A program made the position numbers and the translations under genes. A stretch of 63,176 nt of DNA, counting the filler, from Reclinomonas americana ATCC 50394 (Eukaryota): the NCBI GenBank assembly GCA_048213135.1. It is 13 parts of 13 records of this genome, joined end to end, with 100 filler letters (N's around TTAATTAATTAA, not from the genome) between each part and the next. Parts side by side here need not be neighbours in the genome. Positions count along the whole stretch, not along the records: positions 60,965 to 63,176 come from AFZH01017791.1; 12 more parts are not named here. One strand, 5' to 3'. The notes beneath the pieces were generated by a model that was not told the origin of the DNA, made no database searches, and saw nothing but the letters and a program-made list of their open reading frames with translations. This document shows, piece after piece, positions 62,711 through 63,176 of the stretch (positions within the stretch are counted from its first letter, which is position 1; every line of letters starts with the position of its first letter).

Positions 62711-63176
62711 TCAAAGGTGGAGCCGCGGATCTACAAGGCATCGATGCACCAGAACCTCCGCCTCCTCCACGATGAAACAGCGCATCACAAGCTCAGGCAA
62801 ACAGCGTGGATCTGCCTCTTCTTCACTCTCGCACTGCATCTCCTGCACCGCCAGCATTGCCGAGCGCGCCGTGTCGAGCTCGTGCCGAGCAAAAGGGCAA
62901 GGTGTTCCCCACACTCGCACCGTGCCGTCGTAACACCCGCTCACGATGTGTTGACCATCGGAAGTGACGGCCACAGACATCACCGTATCATGGTGCGCCT
63001 CCAGTCGTTGTACTTCTGCCCCACTTGCCAGCGACCACACTCGCACTGTGTTGTCACTGCTGCCACTCACCACATGCTGACCGTCGGGAGTGACGGCGAC
63101 AGACAGTACCCACTCAGTGTGTCCCTCCAGTCGCCGCACCTCCTCGCCACTCGCCAGCGACCACACTCGCAAAGTT
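62711..63176 (-). CDS. Tandem paralogue of the WD40 protein (3' part; continues beyond window)
   Basis: Two WD40 units plus the same C-terminal domain (ARHELDTARSAMLAVQEM...PRCLPELVMRCFIVEE). Confidence 0.88.
   Translation of the reverse strand, partial: TLRVWSLASGEEVRRLEGHTEWVLSVAVTPDGQHVVSGSSDNTVRVWSLASGAEVQRLEAHHDTVMSVAVTSDGQHIVSGCYDGTVRVWGTPCPFARHELDTARSAMLAVQEMQCESEEEADPRCLPELVMRCFIVEEAEVLVHRCLVDPRLHL

Noticed and set aside
1..63176. Alternative genetic code or stop-codon readthrough
   Set aside because: In-frame stops in conserved genes are explained by GT-AG introns, and TAA, TAG and TGA all occur as terminal stops.

Overview
Eukaryotic, intron-rich, gene-dense scaffold from a flagellated microbial eukaryote (RSPH1-like radial spoke gene); the taxon cannot be assigned from sequence alone. 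Twelve 100-nt N-gaps each carry an artificial TTAATTAATTAA linker, and several genes continue in the correct exon order across them, so contig order looks real. Hand-spliced genes: SMC6, a TM-anchored TPR protein, an RSPH1-like MORN protein, a partial steroid 5-alpha-reductase, two tandem NB-ARC-TPR (NLR-like) genes, a TM-RGS protein, a CUE-DNA ligase of the LIG6/Adl1 type, an Hsp70-like/LRR fusion gene, a multi-pass membrane protein, an ASF1-fold protein, FANCL, a kinesin with degenerate switch motifs, a partial EVH1 protein, and two tandem intronless WD40 genes with hypervariable positions. Main leads: a protist innate-immunity-like toolkit (NLR tandem pair, hypervariable WD40 array, Hsp70-LRR fusion), frequent 'shifted' 5' splice sites (GTTGCG/GTTGAG/GTTTCG), a probable pseudo-motor kinesin, and tandemly duplicated exon-intron units in the ligase. 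All family calls come from motif recognition, not database searches, and all splice junctions are inferred without RNA data.
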